From assembly GCF_006345805.1 (NCBI RefSeq), contig NC_042999.1:173848001-173912000 (forward strand): 64,000 nt of DNA. The letters are read 5' to 3'. Below the pieces are notes generated by a model that worked only from the letters and a program-made list of their open reading frames with translations, was not told the origin of the DNA and made no database searches. Positions within the stretch are counted from its first letter, which is position 1. The number at the start of each line of letters is the position of its first letter. This document shows positions 63,917 to 64,000 of this stretch, piece by piece. The DNA is from Octopus sinensis. Its lineage: Eukaryota. The position numbers and the translations under genes were made by a program.

Positions 63917-64000
63917 AAGGCGGTGAGATGACAGAATTGTTAGTACGCTGGGTGATATGCTTAGCGGTATTTCATCCGTCTTTACGTTCTGAGTTCAAAT
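63917..64000 (+). mobile_element. SINE family B, truncated by the window end
   Basis: aaggcggtgagatgacagaattgttagtacgc...tgcttagcggtatttcatccgtctttacgttctgagttcaaat matches the 27524 and 41661 copies. Confidence 0.85.

Overview
AT-rich, microsatellite-dense animal DNA that is almost entirely intronic or intergenic. The SINE families and repeat landscape suggest a coleoid cephalopod, probably Octopus; this is an inference, not a database match. I found no confidently identifiable host gene, rRNA, true tRNA or CRISPR array. Most ORFs in the six-frame track are artefacts of (TA)n, (TATG)n, (GATA)n, (ATT)n, (CAT)n and (GAA)n repeats or are antisense to transposons. The recognisable coding content is transposon-derived. 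(1) Four R4/Dong-type non-LTR retrotransposon copies (RT plus C-terminal restriction-like endonuclease), each ending in (TAA)n; three form a same-orientation cluster at 53.0-62.9 kb, including a near full-length copy with an 809-aa open RT-RLE frame. (2) Penelope-like element pieces: an N-terminus at the left edge, a GIY-YIG domain at 11.4-11.8 kb and an RT at 34.1-34.6 kb. (3) RTE and CR1/L2-type LINE remnants, four mariner remnants, an ORF1-only L1/Tx1-like piece, a Helentron-type non-autonomous element and many tRNA-derived SINEs. The most notable unannotated signal is a set of hammerhead-ribozyme-like motifs (CUGANGA-like core, stem II, GAAAC, palindromic stem III). One at 36,214-36,284 has a complete type I topology, and a second of opposite polarity lies about 200 bp away. 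There is also a 153-bp near-perfect palindrome at 37,973-38,125. All assignments are by-eye motif recognition; no searches or folding programs were run.
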